From NCBI GenBank assembly GCA_964010765.1, contig CAXGMD010000068.1, positions 1 to 18,857 of the forward strand: DNA of 18,857 nt. The letters are read 5' to 3'. Under the pieces are notes generated by a model. The model was not told the DNA's origin and searched no databases. It saw nothing but the letters and a program-made list of their open reading frames with translations. Within the stretch, counting starts at the first letter, position 1, and each line of letters begins with the position of its first letter. The stretch is from an uncultured bacterium. GTDB lineage: Bacteria > SAR324 > NAC60-12. The position numbers and the translations under genes were made by a program. Positions 16,526 through 18,857 of this stretch are shown piece after piece.

Positions 16526-17593
16526 TTAGGCAGTCTTTAATTTCAGATCACCGTAAAGGTCCGAATTTTCTGCAATAACGGCTTCCAGAAGCGTCCAATC
16601 GACGGCGTCATCTGGAAGAGGGTTCTTGACGTAACCCATGGCCTGCATCGATTTGGCGCGTTCCTTAAAGAAATTGGTATTCAAACGCTGGTCGATCATC
16701 ACCGGCTGGCGCGATTGGGCAAGGGTCAGAGCCTCAAGCGAGGTCTTGTAATAAATGCCCACAGTGTCCGCGAGTGCTGAAGCTAAATCCTGTTCGGATT
16801 GAAGCTGCGCTTTCATCATCGCTTTAATGACCGCCTTCACGGCATCTGGATTTTCTTCCAGCAACGGTGTGCGGGCGGCGAGGACGCAATCCGAATACCC
16901 CTTACCATAGAGGTCGAGTCCGTCTGTTAGAATTTGCGAACCCTTACGCTCTGTCAAACACTGTGTGGCATAAGGTTCGATGTGACTGACGCCATCGATC
17001 GCACCGTTGATGAAGCCAGCGGCCAATTCTGGAGACGAATTAAAGTATTTGACATCAACGTCGGCGAACGACATGCCGGCTTTTGTCAAGTAATCGTAGG
17101 GAAGAACTTCCAATGTGTCAGCCTGGAAGGTCCCAATGCTTTTTCCCTTCAGATCAGTTGGCTTTTCGATGCCCTCGCCACCGATGAAGATACAACCTTC
17201 CACACCTGCGCCAGCCACAAGCTTCACCGGGGCACCCTGATCAACAAGGGTTATGAAGTTCGAATAGGGGATGACGGAAATATCAACCATTCCGGCACCG
17301 AATAGAGTAACAACGTCTGTGGTCGTTGGCGTGACCACGAAGTCAAGTTCGACATTGTCTTCGGCGGCAAGGTTGCGTTCTTTTGCGAGGAAAATGCCCA
17401 AATTGCACAAGCCAGCACCGTGCGTCGCCTTCAGGGTGGTCATGCCCGCTGCTTCGGCAACTCCAGACCCAATCACGCTGGCAAGCGACGAAGGAATAGC
17501 CAAAGCGGCCGCTGCCAATGCGGAACTTTTAAGAAAGCCCCGTCGCGAAGCTTTCATTATGTTTTGATAATTTCGTCCACGATTATCGCACAT
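16526..17593 (-). CDS. NitT/TauT-family ABC substrate-binding protein with Tat signal (355 aa)
   Basis: Twin-arginine motif SRRGFLK, AEA cleavage site; 'DLKGKSIG', 'GAIDG…IEPY'; AGGAG RBS. Confidence 0.93.
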   Translation of the reverse strand: MCDNRGRNYQNIMKASRRGFLKSSALAAAALAIPSSLASVIGSGVAEAAGMTTLKATHGAGLCNLGIFLAKERNLAAEDNVELDFVVTPTTTDVVTLFGAGMVDISVIPYSNFITLVDQGAPVKLVAGAGVEGCIFIGGEGIEKPTDLKGKSIGTFQADTLEVLPYDYLTKAGMSFADVDVKYFNSSPELAAGFINGAIDGVSHIEPYATQCLTERKGSQILTDGLDLYGKGYSDCVLAARTPLLEENPDAVKAVIKAMMKAQLQSEQDLASALADTVGIYYKTSLEALTLAQSRQPVMIDQRLNTNFFKERAKSMQAMGYVKNPLPDDAVDWTLLEAVIAENSDLYGDLKLKTA

Positions 17594-18003
17594 GTCTGTC
17601 TCCTATTATTACGACCTAAAACGACATGTACGGTACGTTAGTAGTAGTGTACGAATTACCGAAATGTCGCATTAGGACAGTTGCGGCACGCCAACCTATA
17701 AGAAGGACAATGATTAGGAACAAAGCCTTTCTTGCGCTACAACGCTACAAGACAAATTACATGCCAGAGAAAATACCCTCCTAACTTGTTGTTTTCTCAG
17801 AATATAATTCCCTTAGAAAAGCGCGTTCAAAAGCGATCTTTGCTTAATTAATCGGCGTTTGCACAAAAACTCGACAGTCGCAATTTCTGACGCCTTTGGA
17901 GCATACCCGGTCAACACGAAGAACGCATTGCCACCTCTGCATTCTGCTCAGAAAGCCGACATTCCCTGGAATTCTTCAATTAGGCAGGTTCTGGCTAGAA
18001 TTC

Positions 18004-18052
18004 TCCGTGTTTCGAAGGGGCGGAAAATAGCCGCTCCGCCCCCCGCAACGGA
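18004..18052. repeat. GC-rich imperfect inverted repeat next to a gene-truncation point
   Basis: GGGGCGGA(18017-24)-N10-TCCGCCCC(18035-42), with outer TCCGT/ACGGA. Confidence 0.7.
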
Positions 18053-18060
18053 CATATCAG

Positions 18061-18315
18061 TGGGGTTGCCAGATCAAAGACTGCATCTGAAGCCGCTGCG
18101 ATATCAATCAAGTCCGTGATATCTTTGTAGGATTCCAAGTCCCACTTTTTGGCGGTTTTTTTTAAGTTGTCAGAGTTGATATCGTGAATTCCCAAGACAG
18201 GGAATTTAGCGATTTGATAGGCTGGCAAGTGAGCGTCATTGACAATGCCCCCGTCGCCAATCAAAACAATTGGGCGCGGGTCGCTTGGTAAATCCCATTG
18301 ATAGCCAAGTCTCAT
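18061..18315 (-). pseudogene. truncated Gfo/Idh/MocA oxidoreductase (N-terminal ~85 aa only)
   Basis: 'IVLIGDGGIVNDAHLPAY…GIHDIN…VFDLATP', then unrelated sequence to a stop at 17995; the family's (E/Q)KP motif and C-terminal domain are absent. Confidence 0.85.
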
Positions 18316-18441
18316 GATTCCTCAGAGTTTTTGGTTTTTCTAAGAAAATTTTTCGTCTGTTTTCAGGCTTTGATGGCCCTTCACCTTCGTAACTTCCGCT
18401 GCATCCTTGAACAAATCGGAATTCATCCGCTTTAGTGATTC

Positions 18442-18855
18442 CTAATGCATCTCCCATTCAGTCACCCCCAGTTCTATTTTGGGCAAGTTGGGCCTGTCAA
18501 AGTGATTGAATTTATCGTGACCACGAACCAGCAGGGCAAAGGTACGACCCCTGTTTTGCTTGACATGAGTCGGGATTAAACGCATAGCAAAACCAATTCT
18601 CGGAGTATTTGTGGGGTTGGGTTTTGAACCATGAAAGATACGGACATGATGAAGGCTCATTTGGCCAGCTTCCAATTTTATGGCCTCTGTTTTTTCACGA
18701 GAAATATCCACAGCAACCTCTTGCCCACGGCTGAGCATATTATCATCCCCAAAAGTATCGTGATGAGACACTTGGCCTCTGAGGTGGCTTCCTGGGGCAA
18801 CCTCCATGCAGCCATTCTCTAGATTGCTGGGGGTAAGGGCTAACCAAGCGGTGAC
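18442..18855 (-). CDS. phytanoyl-CoA dioxygenase (PhyH)-family Fe(II)/2OG enzyme, 3' part; possibly prematurely stopped
   Basis: 'VTAWLALTPSNLENGCMEVAPGSH', 'DNMLSRGQ', 'LEAGQMSLHHVRIFHGSKPN…RIG'; the frame runs off the right edge. Confidence 0.9.
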   Translation of the reverse strand, partial: VTAWLALTPSNLENGCMEVAPGSHLRGQVSHHDTFGDDNMLSRGQEVAVDISREKTEAIKLEAGQMSLHHVRIFHGSKPNPTNTPRIGFAMRLIPTHVKQNRGRTFALLVRGHDKFNHFDRPNLPKIELGVTEWEMH

Positions 18856-18857
18856 AA

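Noticed and set aside
11815..17641. Many plus-strand and alternate-frame ORFs over the amidohydrolase/ABC operon
   Set aside because: Shadow ORFs of well-supported GC-rich genes, with no motifs of their own.

Overview
The window has two parts, joined at an orphan 3' fragment of an initiator tRNA-Met gene (11503-11547, minus strand). The fragment is flanked on both sides by arm-type-like repeats and reads as an integrase attachment junction. Left part (1-11500, lower GC by eye): a mosaic, partly decayed accessory region. It holds a co-oriented minus-strand run of small SnoaL/NTF2-like and dimeric alpha+beta-barrel-type genes, an orphan umuD, an AT-rich HpcH/HpaI aldolase and a 615-aa lipoprotein (Ig-like domain, 2 x 168-bp Cys repeats, cupredoxin-like tail). 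It also holds several pseudogenes: a DUF1524/HNH-Excalibur nuclease, a DUF3015-like gene and a SnoaL-like gene. The most unusual structure is a 61-bp direct repeat in three ungapped copies (8032, 10368, 10841). It looks like the tail of a protein-coding gene, ends in a stop codon plus RBS, and each time sits directly before a different small gene, bracketing one gene like a cassette. A second duplicated gene tail (Excalibur) brackets another passenger block. Right part (11550-18857, higher GC): an intact minus-strand operon of a Tat-exported NitT/TauT-type ABC importer and two metal-dependent amidohydrolases. Beyond it lie a truncated Gfo/Idh/MocA gene and a partial PhyH-type dioxygenase. No integrase, transposase or reverse transcriptase is visible. 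All family calls come from motif recognition, not database searches.
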